DNA of 64,000 bases from Candidatus Eiseniibacteriota bacterium (GTDB lineage Bacteria; Orphanbacterota; Orphanbacteria; Orphanbacterales; Orphanbacteraceae). Every line of letters begins with the position of its first letter. The stretch's first letter is position 1. Under the pieces are notes generated by a model. The model did no database searches. It was not told the DNA's origin and saw only the letters and a list, made by a program, of their open reading frames with translations. Below are positions 27,806 to 36,872 of this stretch, one piece after another. A program made the translations under genes and the position numbers. The stretch is from the NCBI GenBank assembly GCA_029262235.1, contig JAJCZU010000004.1, forward strand, positions 771,330 to 835,329. Reading direction: 5' to 3'.

Positions 27806-29302
27806 GTGGATGCGGGGATGAAGAAGACTTTCACTTTTTCCAAACAGGCGATCAAGCGCGCGAGCTTTTGCAAAAAGGCCGCGTATCTGCGCGTGACGGA
27901 AAGCCGGAACGGAGATCCGTATGTGCATTCCGCGACGGATCTCGTGCGCATGGAGTACGGGCGGATCGTGCGCGATGCGGTGCGCGCGGAGTTCCCCGGC
28001 GGGCATGCGATCCGCGCGAAGAGCCACGAAGAAGCAGTTGCGAAGACGCAGGACGCGCTCGACGCCGGTGAGGCGGTGCTGTTCAACGCCGCGTTTTCGC
28101 ACGGGCCGCTTCGGATCCGGATCGACATTCTCGAGCGTACGGCGCCCGATCACTTCCAGGTGTGGGAGGTCAAGGCGGGGACGTCCGTCGAGAAGTACGT
28201 GCCGGATCTCACCGTGCACATATTTGCGATGCGGGAGCTCGGCTTCTCGGTAGACCCGGGCATGATCGTGCTCGACAAGCAGGCGAAATGGGGCGCGGAC
28301 ACATACTTTCGTCGCGTCGACTGTTCGCAGTCTGTGCATGACCGGCTCCCGAAGATCCGAAAGCGCTACGAAGAACTGCTGCGCGCACTCGAAAGCGAAA
28401 CGCCGCCGGAAGTACCGCTGAAACGGATGTGCGGCCGCTGTTCGTTTCTTCGCACCTGCTGGCCCTCGCTTCCCGAGCGCAGCGTGTTCGAGCTATACCA
28501 GGGCGACGGCGGCTGGGAGGCTGTCGACAAGCTCATCAAGCGCGGCATCTTCGATGTCGAATCACTTCCCGTGAGCGGGTCGTACAACACGATCCAGAAA
28601 CGCCAGATCCGCTCCGTACGCGAAGGGCGCGCAGTCGTGGCGGGAAGTCCCGCGCAAAGCCTTCGCCGGTCGGTCACGTATCCGCTTTTCTTCCTCGACT
28701 TCGAATCGACCGCGCCTCCGATTCCGGCGTTCGTTCATCAGCGGCCTTATGATCTCGTACCCTTCCAATGGTCGTGCCACGTGCAGAGAAAACCCGGCGG
28801 GCCGATCGAACATCACGATTTTCTATGGGATCGCGAGGGCGACCCCCGCCGCGAACTTACCGAATCGCTTCTCTTTCTTCTCGGGAGCGAGGGGACCATC
28901 GTCGTCTATTCCGATTTCGAAGAACGGGTCGTCCGGCGCATGGGAGAAGTGTTTCCTGAACTCCGCTCTCCCTTGAAGCGCGTCAGCAAGCGCATTCTCG
29001 ATCTGCTTCGCGTCATCCACAGGCACTACTATCATCCCGACTTCCGCGGCTCGTTCTCGATCAAGAATGTGTTGCCGATCATGGTCCCCGGCATCGACTA
29101 TTCCGGGCTTGGCATCGCGGACGGCATGGAGGCGATTCTGGCTTATAATCGACTGCAGAACGAAGCCATGACAGAAGAGGAGCGTGCACAGCTGATGAGT
29201 GATCTGAGAGCGTATTGCGAGCTCGACACGCTGGCGATGGTCGAGATCTTTCGCGTGCTCATGCAGCCGCCCGCCACGCTTCGGGAGAACCCCGCGAAAT
29301 GA
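27806..29302 (+). CDS. DUF2779-family protein: Cas4/RecB-like PD-(D/E)XK nuclease with Fe-S cysteines, plus a C-terminal RNase-H-like (FLDFE) domain
   Basis: N-terminal Cys (ASFC) plus C-x2-C-x5-C (CGRCSFLRTC), the Cas4/AddB-type cluster pattern. 'LFFLDFEST' is the DUF2779 DnaQ-like motif. Confidence 0.55.
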   Translation: MDAGMKKTFTFSKQAIKRASFCKKAAYLRVTESRNGDPYVHSATDLVRMEYGRIVRDAVRAEFPGGHAIRAKSHEEAVAKTQDALDAGEAVLFNAAFSHGPLRIRIDILERTAPDHFQVWEVKAGTSVEKYVPDLTVHIFAMRELGFSVDPGMIVLDKQAKWGADTYFRRVDCSQSVHDRLPKIRKRYEELLRALESETPPEVPLKRMCGRCSFLRTCWPSLPERSVFELYQGDGGWEAVDKLIKRGIFDVESLPVSGSYNTIQKRQIRSVREGRAVVAGSPAQSLRRSVTYPLFFLDFESTAPPIPAFVHQRPYDLVPFQWSCHVQRKPGGPIEHHDFLWDREGDPRRELTESLLFLLGSEGTIVVYSDFEERVVRRMGEVFPELRSPLKRVSKRILDLLRVIHRHYYHPDFRGSFSIKNVLPIMVPGIDYSGLGIADGMEAILAYNRLQNEAMTEEERAQLMSDLRAYCELDTLAMVEIFRVLMQPPATLRENPAK

Positions 29303-30456
29303 CCGACGGTATCGATCGCGCGATTCGGGACCAGTTCCCGATACTCGCGAAGAAGAACTATCTCGTGAGCCATTCGCTCGGCGCGATGCCGGTCGGCGCG
29401 CGCGAAGGGCTCATGCAATATGCGGACGAGTGGGAGACGAAGGGCGTGGTCGCCTGGGAGGAAGGGTGGTGGGAACTGCCCGTTACGATCGGCGACAAAG
29501 TCGGCGCGATCATCGGCGCCCCGCGCGGCTCGGTCGGCATGCAGCCGAACGTTTCGCTCGCAACGGGCGTATTTCTCTCTTCGCTTCCGTTCGAGGGAAA
29601 ACGCAACAAGATCGTCACCACCGACATGAACTTCCCGACCAATCTGTATCTGTTCGAAGGGTGGGAGAGTGCGGGAGCGCGCGTCGTTCGCGTGCCGACG
29701 AAAGACGATGTGAGCGTCGAAACGGAGCGCCTGATCGCGGCCATCGACGCGGAAACCCAGGTTGTCGCGATTTCGCACGTTCTCTTTCGTTCCTCGTACA
29801 TACAGGACGTCGCGGCGGTCGTGGCGAAGGCGCATGCCGTCGACGCGCTCGTTCTGATCGACGTCTATCAGTCGGCGGGGACCGTGCCGCTGCACGTCTC
29901 GGATCTCGGCGTCGACGCCGCGGTCGGCGGATGTCTGAAGTGGCTGTGTGGGGGGCCGGGCAACGCGTTCCTGTACGTGCGCCCCGACCGCGCGCGCGAA
30001 CTGAAACCGCGTCTCACGGGGTGGCAGTCGCACGAGAAGCCGTTCGCGTTCGATCGTGATTCGTTCCGGCGGGCGGAGGGCGCCTGGCGTTTCCTGACCG
30101 GCACGCCCACGATCGCGACCATGCGCGCGGCCGAAGCGGGGCTCGGGATCGTGCATGCGGTGGGCATGGACAAGATTCGCGCGAAGTCCCTCCGTCTTAC
30201 GCGGCTGATTCTCGACCGCTGCGATCGCGAAGGGTGGCCCGTGAATTCGCCGCGCGATGACGCGGTGCGCGGCGGGACCGTGACGATCGCGCTTCCCGAT
30301 GCGGAGCAACTGAAGGACGAGCTGATTCGAAACGACATTCTCGTGGACTACCGGCCGAGCGCCGGCGTTCGGATCGCGCCCCACTTCTACAATACCGAGG
30401 AAGAAGTGCTGGCGGCACTCGACGCGCTGGCCGCCATCACAGGAGCGAAGCGATGA
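29299..30456 (+). CDS. kynU: Kynureninase (PLP-dependent)
   Basis: 'GCLKWLCGGPGNAFLYV' matches the KynU PLP-lysine region (YKYLNGGPG). About 385 aa. ATG at 29299 overlaps the stop of the upstream DUF2779 gene (ATGA). Confidence 0.7.
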   Translation: MTDGIDRAIRDQFPILAKKNYLVSHSLGAMPVGAREGLMQYADEWETKGVVAWEEGWWELPVTIGDKVGAIIGAPRGSVGMQPNVSLATGVFLSSLPFEGKRNKIVTTDMNFPTNLYLFEGWESAGARVVRVPTKDDVSVETERLIAAIDAETQVVAISHVLFRSSYIQDVAAVVAKAHAVDALVLIDVYQSAGTVPLHVSDLGVDAAVGGCLKWLCGGPGNAFLYVRPDRARELKPRLTGWQSHEKPFAFDRDSFRRAEGAWRFLTGTPTIATMRAAEAGLGIVHAVGMDKIRAKSLRLTRLILDRCDREGWPVNSPRDDAVRGGTVTIALPDAEQLKDELIRNDILVDYRPSAGVRIAPHFYNTEEEVLAALDALAAITGAKR

Positions 30457-31088
30457 GCCCCGAAATCATCGATATTTCACGCGCGCTGACGGCAGAGACC
30501 GCGCCATGGCCGGGTGACGTCCCGTTCTCGCGCGAATGGACGACCCGGATCGAAGACGGCGCGGCCGTGAACCTGAGTGCGTTCCGGATGTCGCCGCATG
30601 TGGGGACGCATGCGGACTCGCCGTTTCATGTCACGGCCGGCGCGCCCGGAATCGAATCGATGCCCCTCGGGTCTTACATCGGTTATGCGCGCGTCGTCAC
30701 GGTGCCGGGGAAACCGAAGCAGGTCGTACCCGAGCACCTGGCCGCGTTCGACCTCAAGATGCCGCCGCGCATTCTGCTGCGAACGAGCACTGATCCTGAC
30801 CCCACTGTGTTTCCCGAAGAGTGCACCACGCTTTCGCCCGACCTGGCCCGTCTTCTCGCGCACGGAGGTACGAAGCTCGTCGGCATCGACACGCCGAGCA
30901 TCGATCCGACCGACTCCAGAGAACTGGCCGCCCACAAGATTCTGGCGGAAGCCGGGATCGTGTGGCTCGAGAACCTCGACCTCACGCATGCCCCCGACGG
31001 CATCTATCTGCTCGCGGCGCTTCCGCTCAAGATCCCGGGATCCGACGCGGCCCCGGTCCGCGCCGTTTTAGTCCGCGACATCGAATAA
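30453..31088 (+). CDS. kynB: Kynurenine formamidase (cyclase-family arylformamidase)
   Basis: 'PHVGTHADSPFH' is the HxGTHxDxPxH cyclase-family motif. ATGA overlap with kynU. Confidence 0.7.
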   Translation: MSPEIIDISRALTAETAPWPGDVPFSREWTTRIEDGAAVNLSAFRMSPHVGTHADSPFHVTAGAPGIESMPLGSYIGYARVVTVPGKPKQVVPEHLAAFDLKMPPRILLRTSTDPDPTVFPEECTTLSPDLARLLAHGGTKLVGIDTPSIDPTDSRELAAHKILAEAGIVWLENLDLTHAPDGIYLLAALPLKIPGSDAAPVRAVLVRDIE

Positions 31089-31175
31089 ACTCCCCGTTCG
31101 ACGAGTAATCCCTGCAGCAACAGACTGAAGAAGAATCGGATCAGGAGGCGCGAGGTCGTTATTCTTCTCGACCCG

Positions 31176-31452
31176 CTCGTCCTGGCCAAATGGCCAACTA
31201 CGGAGGCCGAGCGGGATCCGAAGAACAACTCCTCGCGCCTCGGAATCCGCCTTCACACAGCGGTTTGTGCGCGGGGGGGAGACCGGCTGGCGAGACTCGA
31301 TTCATAGGATTTGGGCATCTCCGTCTCCGCCCTCCGGACCCGCTCCCTTCCGCTCCTGCCTCGCCGCCTCCATTGGAAGGGGAATGGGGGCGTGGAAGGT
31401 CTTTCCAGGAGGCCTCTCGGCCTCCGTAGTTGGCCAGTCTGGCCAGGACGAG
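31176..31452. repeat. About 36-bp near-perfect inverted repeat pair flanking about 205 bp (MITE-like or structured-RNA element) in a 470-bp intergenic region
   Basis: Arm 1 (31176-31211) is CTCGTCCTGGCCAAATGGCCAACTACGGAGGCCGAG. Arm 2 (31416-31452) is its reverse complement with 3 mismatches. Each arm contains a TGGCCA..TGGCCA internal palindrome. Confidence 0.55.
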
Positions 31453-31515
31453 AGGCCTCCGGGAAGATCCTTTCACGCCCCAAGCCTCCTCTTCCTATTT
31501 TTTTACAAATGTGAT

Positions 31516-31537
31516 ATCATATCGATATTGATATGAT
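31516..31537. promoter_or_regulatory. 22-bp palindromic operator-like site in an AT-rich promoter region upstream of the SPFH-Arc pair
   Basis: ATCATATCGAT|ATTGATATGAT is a palindrome with a single mismatch. It sits in TTTTTTTACAAATGTGATATCATATCGATATTGATATGATGG, 25 nt upstream of the SPFH ATG. Confidence 0.5.
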
Positions 31538-31561
31538 GGCTCAAAGAAAGGAACGCATACC

Positions 31562-32440
31562 ATGATCAAGGAACAAACAAGAGGTGCCTGGAGCGGCTAT
31601 TTCATGCTGTTCGTCGTGATTTTCTTTTTCCTCTTCTCGCTCGCGGTCGTAATCACGGGCGGGGCGAGCGGCGTCCGTATCTTCGTGCTGCAGGGCATCT
31701 TCGGACTCTTCATCACTGCGTTTCTGGGGGCGGGATTTTTCATCGTGAACCCGAATCAGGCGCGCGTGCTTGTGTTGTTCGGCAAGTACAAGGGCACCGT
31801 GAAGCAGAACGGCTTTTTCTGGGCGAACCCGTTTTTCGTCAAGACGAAGGTGTCGCTCCGCGCGCGCAATCTGAACGGCGAGCGGCTCAAGGTGAACGAT
31901 CAGTCGGGGAATCCGATCGAGATCGCGGCCGTGGTCGTGTGGCAGGTGTCCGACACCGCGCGCGCGTCGTTCGATGTCGACGACTACAAGGAATACGTGG
32001 TCGTGCAGAGCGAAGCGGCCGTGCGGCATCTGGCGGGGTCGTACCCGTACGATACGTGGGAGGACGATCACGAAGGCGTCATCACACTGCGCGAGGGCAC
32101 GGAGGTCGTGAGCCAGATGCTGGAAAAGGAGCTGCGCGAACGCTTCAGCCGAGCCGGAGTCGAAGTGATCGAAGCGAGAATCAGCCATCTCGCCTACGCG
32201 CCCGAAATCGCCGAAGCGATGCTGCGCCGGCAGCAGGCGAGTGCGGTCGTCGCGGCGCGCACGCAGATCGTCGACGGCGCGGTGGGCATGGTGAGCATGG
32301 CCCTCGAAAAGCTGTCGCAGCAGGGCATCATCGACTTCGACGAAGACAAAAAGGCGACGATGGTGAGTAACCTGCTCGTGGTTCTCTGCGGCGAGTCGTC
32401 GGTTCACCCCGTGATCAACACCGGCACGCTGCACCAGTAG
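31562..32440 (+). CDS. SPFH / band-7 (stomatin-prohibitin-flotillin) domain membrane protein
   Basis: N-terminal TM segments followed by an SPFH core ('[17 protein letters not shown]...AVVVWQV'). Confidence 0.7.
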   Translation: MIKEQTRGAWSGYFMLFVVIFFFLFSLAVVITGGASGVRIFVLQGIFGLFITAFLGAGFFIVNPNQARVLVLFGKYKGTVKQNGFFWANPFFVKTKVSLRARNLNGERLKVNDQSGNPIEIAAVVVWQVSDTARASFDVDDYKEYVVVQSEAAVRHLAGSYPYDTWEDDHEGVITLREGTEVVSQMLEKELRERFSRAGVEVIEARISHLAYAPEIAEAMLRRQQASAVVAARTQIVDGAVGMVSMALEKLSQQGIIDFDEDKKATMVSNLLVVLCGESSVHPVINTGTLHQ

Positions 32441-32442
32441 CG

Positions 32443-32628
32443 ATGGCCAAGCGAAAGGCATTTCTCCTTCGGATGAACCCCGCGCTCTGGGACGAACTCG
32501 AAAAGTGGGCCGCGGACGACTTCCGCAGCGTGAACGGCCAGATCGAGTTCCTGCTGCGCCAGGCGGTGCGTGAGAAACGGAAGAAGGACGTACGCGAAAG
32601 GGGGAGGGACGACGTCCCTCCCTCGTGA
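32443..32628 (+). CDS. Arc-type ribbon-helix-helix DNA-binding protein
   Basis: 61 aa; 'KAFLLRMNPALWDELEKWAADDFRSVNGQIEFLLRQAV' matches the Arc/Mnt RHH pattern. 2-nt gap after the SPFH stop. Confidence 0.6.
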   Translation: MAKRKAFLLRMNPALWDELEKWAADDFRSVNGQIEFLLRQAVREKRKKDVRERGRDDVPPS

Positions 32629-32640
32629 TACTCTCGGGCG

Positions 32641-34599
32641 ATGCAGGCGAATGAGCAAACCAACGCGCGTGCGGGGTCCGCGGCGGGCACGCTGACGGCG
32701 ACTGCTTTGATCGGCTTCATCGGCGCGATCTGGCAGTGGAGGCGCGCGCTGACCGCCGACCCGTTTCACTACGCCGACAGCGGTACGATCGCTTCCGCCC
32801 TTCTCTTTTCGCTGGCACTCTTCGTCGGATTGGCGGCCGTCATCTGGCTGCTCACACGACTCCTTCGCGCCCACCTGCTGGCGCCGGCACTTCTTGCGGC
32901 TTCCTTCCTCTACCTCGAATTCCTGGCGTGGTTCGCGGGGCGTCAGATCTCGGTCAGGACGCCGACGTTCGTGATCGGCATTCTGCTCACGTCAGTAGCG
33001 GCCGTCATCCTGGCGGGAGTGGTGCGAAGAGGCACGGGCCGGCGCATTTTCACGCGTATTCTGATGGCCGCCGCGCTCGTTCTGGTGATGGCGACAGCAC
33101 TTCCTCTCGCTGCGCTGCTGCAGGGGGATCAGGAGAGCGACGGGCATCACGCGACCGCGCTTTCGGATCGCCGGCCCGCGCCGCCCGGCGCACCGAACCT
33201 CGTGCTCATCACGATCGATACGCTGCGCCCCGACTTTCTCGGCGCGTACGGAAATCCGGCCGTCTACACGCCCCATATCGACCGGTACGCGCGCGAGGGA
33301 ACGCAGGTGATGCGCGCGCTCTCGTCGATTCCGATCACGCTGCCCAGCCACGCGACGATCATGACCGGGACGCACCCTTCCACGCACGGCATCAACAACA
33401 ACGGCTTCCCGTTCACGCAGGCCGAAGAGACGGTGCTTGCCGGACATTTGCGAAACCACGGGTATCGAACGGGGGCGTTCGTCGCTGCCTATCCGCTCGA
33501 CGGCGCCTTCGGCCTCGGGGTCGGGTTCGATGTGTACGATGACGAAACCGAAGACGCGGCCATTCTTTCCGTATATCGATTCCGCAAGTTTTTGAACGAG
33601 ACTTCCACGGGCGCTGTCCTGAAACGCCTCGGACGTCGCGTCATGGACCACGGTGTGGCGGAACGCAAGGGTGAGGTCGTGTGGGGCGCGGCCCGCGTAT
33701 GGCTCGAAGAGCAGGATGAAAGCCCGTTCTTTCTATGGCTTCATTTCTATGATCCGCACGCTCCCTATGATCCGGGGCCGATCGGGACTCGCCTGTATGA
33801 AGACCGCACCGTTCTGCGTGGCGGAATGGAACTCGATGAGATCGAAGTGCCGCCGTACGCGCGGCTCAAAGACGCGAAGGACATGAAGGATTACCGCGGT
33901 CTTTACGCGGGGGAAGTGACGCGCCTCGACCGCGTGATCGGTGAGGTCGGCGCGTACTTCGATCAGCGCGGATGGAGCGCGCGCACTCTCTTTGCGTTGA
34001 CGGCGGACCACGGCGAAGGACTCGGCTCGCATGACATTCTGACTCATGCGCCGCGATTGCACGACGAGCAGCTCGCGGTGCCGCTCTTCCTGCGCGGGCC
34101 CGGAATCGCCCGCGGAGAACTTTCGCGGGCGCCGTTTCGGCTGGTCGATCTGGCGCCGACGCTGCTTGCCCGGGCCGCTCTGCCGCCGCTCCCGGACGCG
34201 GAGGGCCGTGTGATGACGCTGGATCGCGGGCTGAGAGGATCGGAAGAGACGGGAGCCGGGGAAGCCGGGGGCGACGCGGCGGGCGATGCGGCTCGCGATT
34301 TTCTGCACGTAGCCGAAACGCCGATTGACGGAGGGCGCCGCTCGCTTGAATCAGACGGCTGGAAACTGGTACATACACTTCGCACGGGAGATTACGAACT
34401 CTTCGATCAGGTGAACGATCCCGGCGAAACGACAAATCGCATCACCGACAGGCAGGCCGATGACATGTTCCGGTCGCTCGGTGATCTGCTGGAGTCGATT
34501 CCTTCCGCGCTTCACGGAGGCAGCGCGCCGGATTTCGCGAACCTTCCCGAATCCGCGCGCGAGAAGCTCCGCGGCCTCGGATACCTGAACGATAACTAA
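32641..34599 (+). CDS. Membrane-anchored sulfatase-family protein
   Basis: N-terminal multi-TM region followed by a sulfatase domain ('LVLITIDTLRPDFLGAYG', 'GTHPSTHG', 'YDPHAPY', 'LTADHGE'). Confidence 0.7.
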   Translation: MQANEQTNARAGSAAGTLTATALIGFIGAIWQWRRALTADPFHYADSGTIASALLFSLALFVGLAAVIWLLTRLLRAHLLAPALLAASFLYLEFLAWFAGRQISVRTPTFVIGILLTSVAAVILAGVVRRGTGRRIFTRILMAAALVLVMATALPLAALLQGDQESDGHHATALSDRRPAPPGAPNLVLITIDTLRPDFLGAYGNPAVYTPHIDRYAREGTQVMRALSSIPITLPSHATIMTGTHPSTHGINNNGFPFTQAEETVLAGHLRNHGYRTGAFVAAYPLDGAFGLGVGFDVYDDETEDAAILSVYRFRKFLNETSTGAVLKRLGRRVMDHGVAERKGEVVWGAARVWLEEQDESPFFLWLHFYDPHAPYDPGPIGTRLYEDRTVLRGGMELDEIEVPPYARLKDAKDMKDYRGLYAGEVTRLDRVIGEVGAYFDQRGWSARTLFALTADHGEGLGSHDILTHAPRLHDEQLAVPLFLRGPGIARGELSRAPFRLVDLAPTLLARAALPPLPDAEGRVMTLDRGLRGSEETGAGEAGGDAAGDAARDFLHVAETPIDGGRRSLESDGWKLVHTLRTGDYELFDQVNDPGETTNRITDRQADDMFRSLGDLLESIPSALHGGSAPDFANLPESAREKLRGLGYLNDN

Positions 34600-34703
34600 G
34601 CGACGACTAAGCGACGACTAAGCGACGGCTGACCGCCAACTGAAAGACATCGGAACGAAGACTGGCCGACAACCGAACGTGTGCGATTCGTCTTCATGGC
34701 CGC

Positions 34704-36593
34704 TCAGTGAAAGTCGACGAGGAACGATCGGCTCTCGAACGGGCGCAGTTCCTCCACGTTCAGTACGAGCGCGTCATTCTCACGCTCATACGTGTAGCTC
34801 GGCGCGTTGAACCCGATGACAGACGGCGTCACCGTGATCTTGCCGGGCGAGCGCGGGAGATACGTGCGCAGGTTGATCGCGGGAATCGGCTTGTCGTATT
34901 CGCTCGAAACATAGAGCCCGAGGCGATTCGGTCCGAGCACTTCGGTCCGGAAGCGCACGCCGTCACGCGCCTCCCACCAGTTCGCCACGTCTCCTCCGGT
35001 CGCGATCCACACTCTCTTCGAGCGCATGTAATTCACGAGCTTCGGGATCACGTCTTCCACGCCCTGCTTCGTCAGCAGATGTGTGTGAAACGACAGAAAA
35101 TAGATCGTACCCATGCGGTAGTGCGCGAGGAACGACGTCTTGTACGCTTCGATTACGGCGCGCGGGTCCTTGAGATCCTGCGTAACGAGGAGTTCGTAGT
35201 CGTCGACGCCGACGCGCGGAATTTCGACGATGCGATTCGACTTCGAGCGCTTCCATGCCGTGCCGCCGCGCGCGATGGTGTGAATCGCGGGCACGGCAGA
35301 GGACGCCTCGAATCCGCCCACCATATAACGGTAGCCGGCGTGGGCAAGCGCGCGAATCGTCTCTTCGTCATACTTTTCCTCGGGCGGCCGAAACCCCACG
35401 CACGCCTGCCCCGTGATCTCCTCGAGATCGGCTTTCGTACGCGTGATGCGCGCGAGCTGCTTTTCATACTGCACGCCGCCGAGCGGTGAGTGGTCGTCCG
35501 AATGCGACCCGATTTCGCCGACGGCCGCAAGCCGCGTGGTAAGGGCCTCGTGATCGCGGGCGAGATCGGACACGCAGAAAAACGTTACGGGAACGTCGAG
35601 TTCGGTGAAAATGCGCTGCGTTTCTTCGGACGCCTGATAGAACGATTCGGTGTCCTGCGCGAAGATGACGGCCGAGCGCCGGCCCTCGGGCCACGTGTCG
35701 ATCGCAGCCACCGGGCGCCGGGCGACCCAGTCGACCGCGTTCGTTGCGAGCCGCGCCGGAACGTTAGCGGTTTGTTCTTTCGTATGAAACGCCGTGAGGG
35801 GCATGCCGAACCAGACGAAACGGCCGTCGCCCGCGCTTGTGTGGAGCGCGAACGAGTAAGGCCCGCGGTCGGCTTCCGGCTCCAGGTCGACGAACTGACG
35901 CGCGCGGTCTGTGTAATAGCCGTCCGCCCAGTCGACGTTGTATGCGGCGAGTGCGAGTTTCCCGTCGAGCGCGCCGAGGATCGTTCCCTCCGGAATGCCG
36001 GCGGTTACGGGGGAGTGTCCGGAGGTCGAAACGAACCACGGCTTGACGCCGTCCGGAAGCGACGGAGAATCCGTGATCCTGCCGTTCGAGAAGCGTTCGA
36101 TCATTTCGTAGCCGACCCACTCGCCCTTCTCGTCGCGCGCGCCCGTGTACCAGCTCGCGACTACGCCGCCGCCTGCCGCGAGATACTCGTCGATCCGTTC
36201 GCGCTCGAGCGCCGTGAGAGATATCGCGGCGGGCAGAACGAGCGCGTCGAAGCCCGCGCTCCGCGAAGCCGTCCATGACTCCAGCTCGCTGTCGGAAATC
36301 TTGACGACCGACGCGCCGGCGTCGGCAAGCCACTGCGCCCAGACTTCGGCCAGCGATTCGCCCATCGGCAGATCCGTCTTCGCGAGATAGTCACGAGAAT
36401 GCTTCGAGTCGAGCACGGCAACGCGCGCCGGATCCTCGTCGAGAAATCCCTGCCCGTCCATTGTGAAATAGCCGAACACGTTGCGCAGCAGCAGCAGATA
36501 GATCAGCACGCCGGAAGCGATCACGATCACGGCGAACAGAAGCATGTAGGCTTTCAGAAGCCATGGGGAAGAAATGCGCCCGGGCAATCCCAT
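34704..36593 (-). CDS. Membrane-anchored polysaccharide deacetylase (CE4 / NodB domain; PgaB/IcaB-like) with an additional N-terminal domain
   Basis: N-terminal TM segment. NodB motifs 'AVIFAQDTESFY' and 'IGSHSDDH'. It is the last gene of the operon and directly abuts the small membrane gene. Confidence 0.65.
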   Translation of the reverse strand: MGLPGRISSPWLLKAYMLLFAVIVIASGVLIYLLLLRNVFGYFTMDGQGFLDEDPARVAVLDSKHSRDYLAKTDLPMGESLAEVWAQWLADAGASVVKISDSELESWTASRSAGFDALVLPAAISLTALERERIDEYLAAGGGVVASWYTGARDEKGEWVGYEMIERFSNGRITDSPSLPDGVKPWFVSTSGHSPVTAGIPEGTILGALDGKLALAAYNVDWADGYYTDRARQFVDLEPEADRGPYSFALHTSAGDGRFVWFGMPLTAFHTKEQTANVPARLATNAVDWVARRPVAAIDTWPEGRRSAVIFAQDTESFYQASEETQRIFTELDVPVTFFCVSDLARDHEALTTRLAAVGEIGSHSDDHSPLGGVQYEKQLARITRTKADLEEITGQACVGFRPPEEKYDEETIRALAHAGYRYMVGGFEASSAVPAIHTIARGGTAWKRSKSNRIVEIPRVGVDDYELLVTQDLKDPRAVIEAYKTSFLAHYRMGTIYFLSFHTHLLTKQGVEDVIPKLVNYMRSKRVWIATGGDVANWWEARDGVRFRTEVLGPNRLGLYVSSEYDKPIPAINLRTYLPRSPGKITVTPSVIGFNAPSYTYERENDALVLNVEELRPFESRSFLVDFH

Positions 36594-36860
36594 CTACGCG
36601 TCCCCTTCGCGATCATGTGACGCGCCGTGATCGTGCGACACGCCCTGCGCGCGCGGCCCGCTGGGAGCGCGCGAGCCGCCTTGATCCGAGGATCCGTCAT
36701 GCACGTACTTCACGAAGAAGCGGCGCTCCATCGTCTTCATTGCGGGCGCCGGCGCCTTCGCCTCGCGCATCTTGTACACGAGAAACGAGCCGGCCGCCAT
36801 GATGATGGTCACGATCGTGGCGATCAGAATGATCGTGGAAAGCAGCGGGATCAGATTCAT
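36594..36860 (-). CDS. Small membrane protein (IcaD/PgaD-like accessory subunit candidate)
   Basis: 88 aa with one TM segment (LIPLLSTIILIATIVTIIMAAGSFLVY), positioned between the synthase and the deacetylase exactly as icaD is. Confidence 0.45.
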   Translation of the reverse strand: MNLIPLLSTIILIATIVTIIMAAGSFLVYKMREAKAPAPAMKTMERRFFVKYVHDGSSDQGGSRAPSGPRAQGVSHDHGASHDREGDA

Positions 36861-36872
36861 GCGAGCCTCCGA

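Noticed and set aside
31190-31536. Short ORFs (62-92 aa) inside the long inverted-repeat intergenic region
   Set aside because: Gly/Pro/Arg/Ser-rich. They lie on both strands across the same DNA and there is no RBS. The region is better explained as a repeat or structured element.
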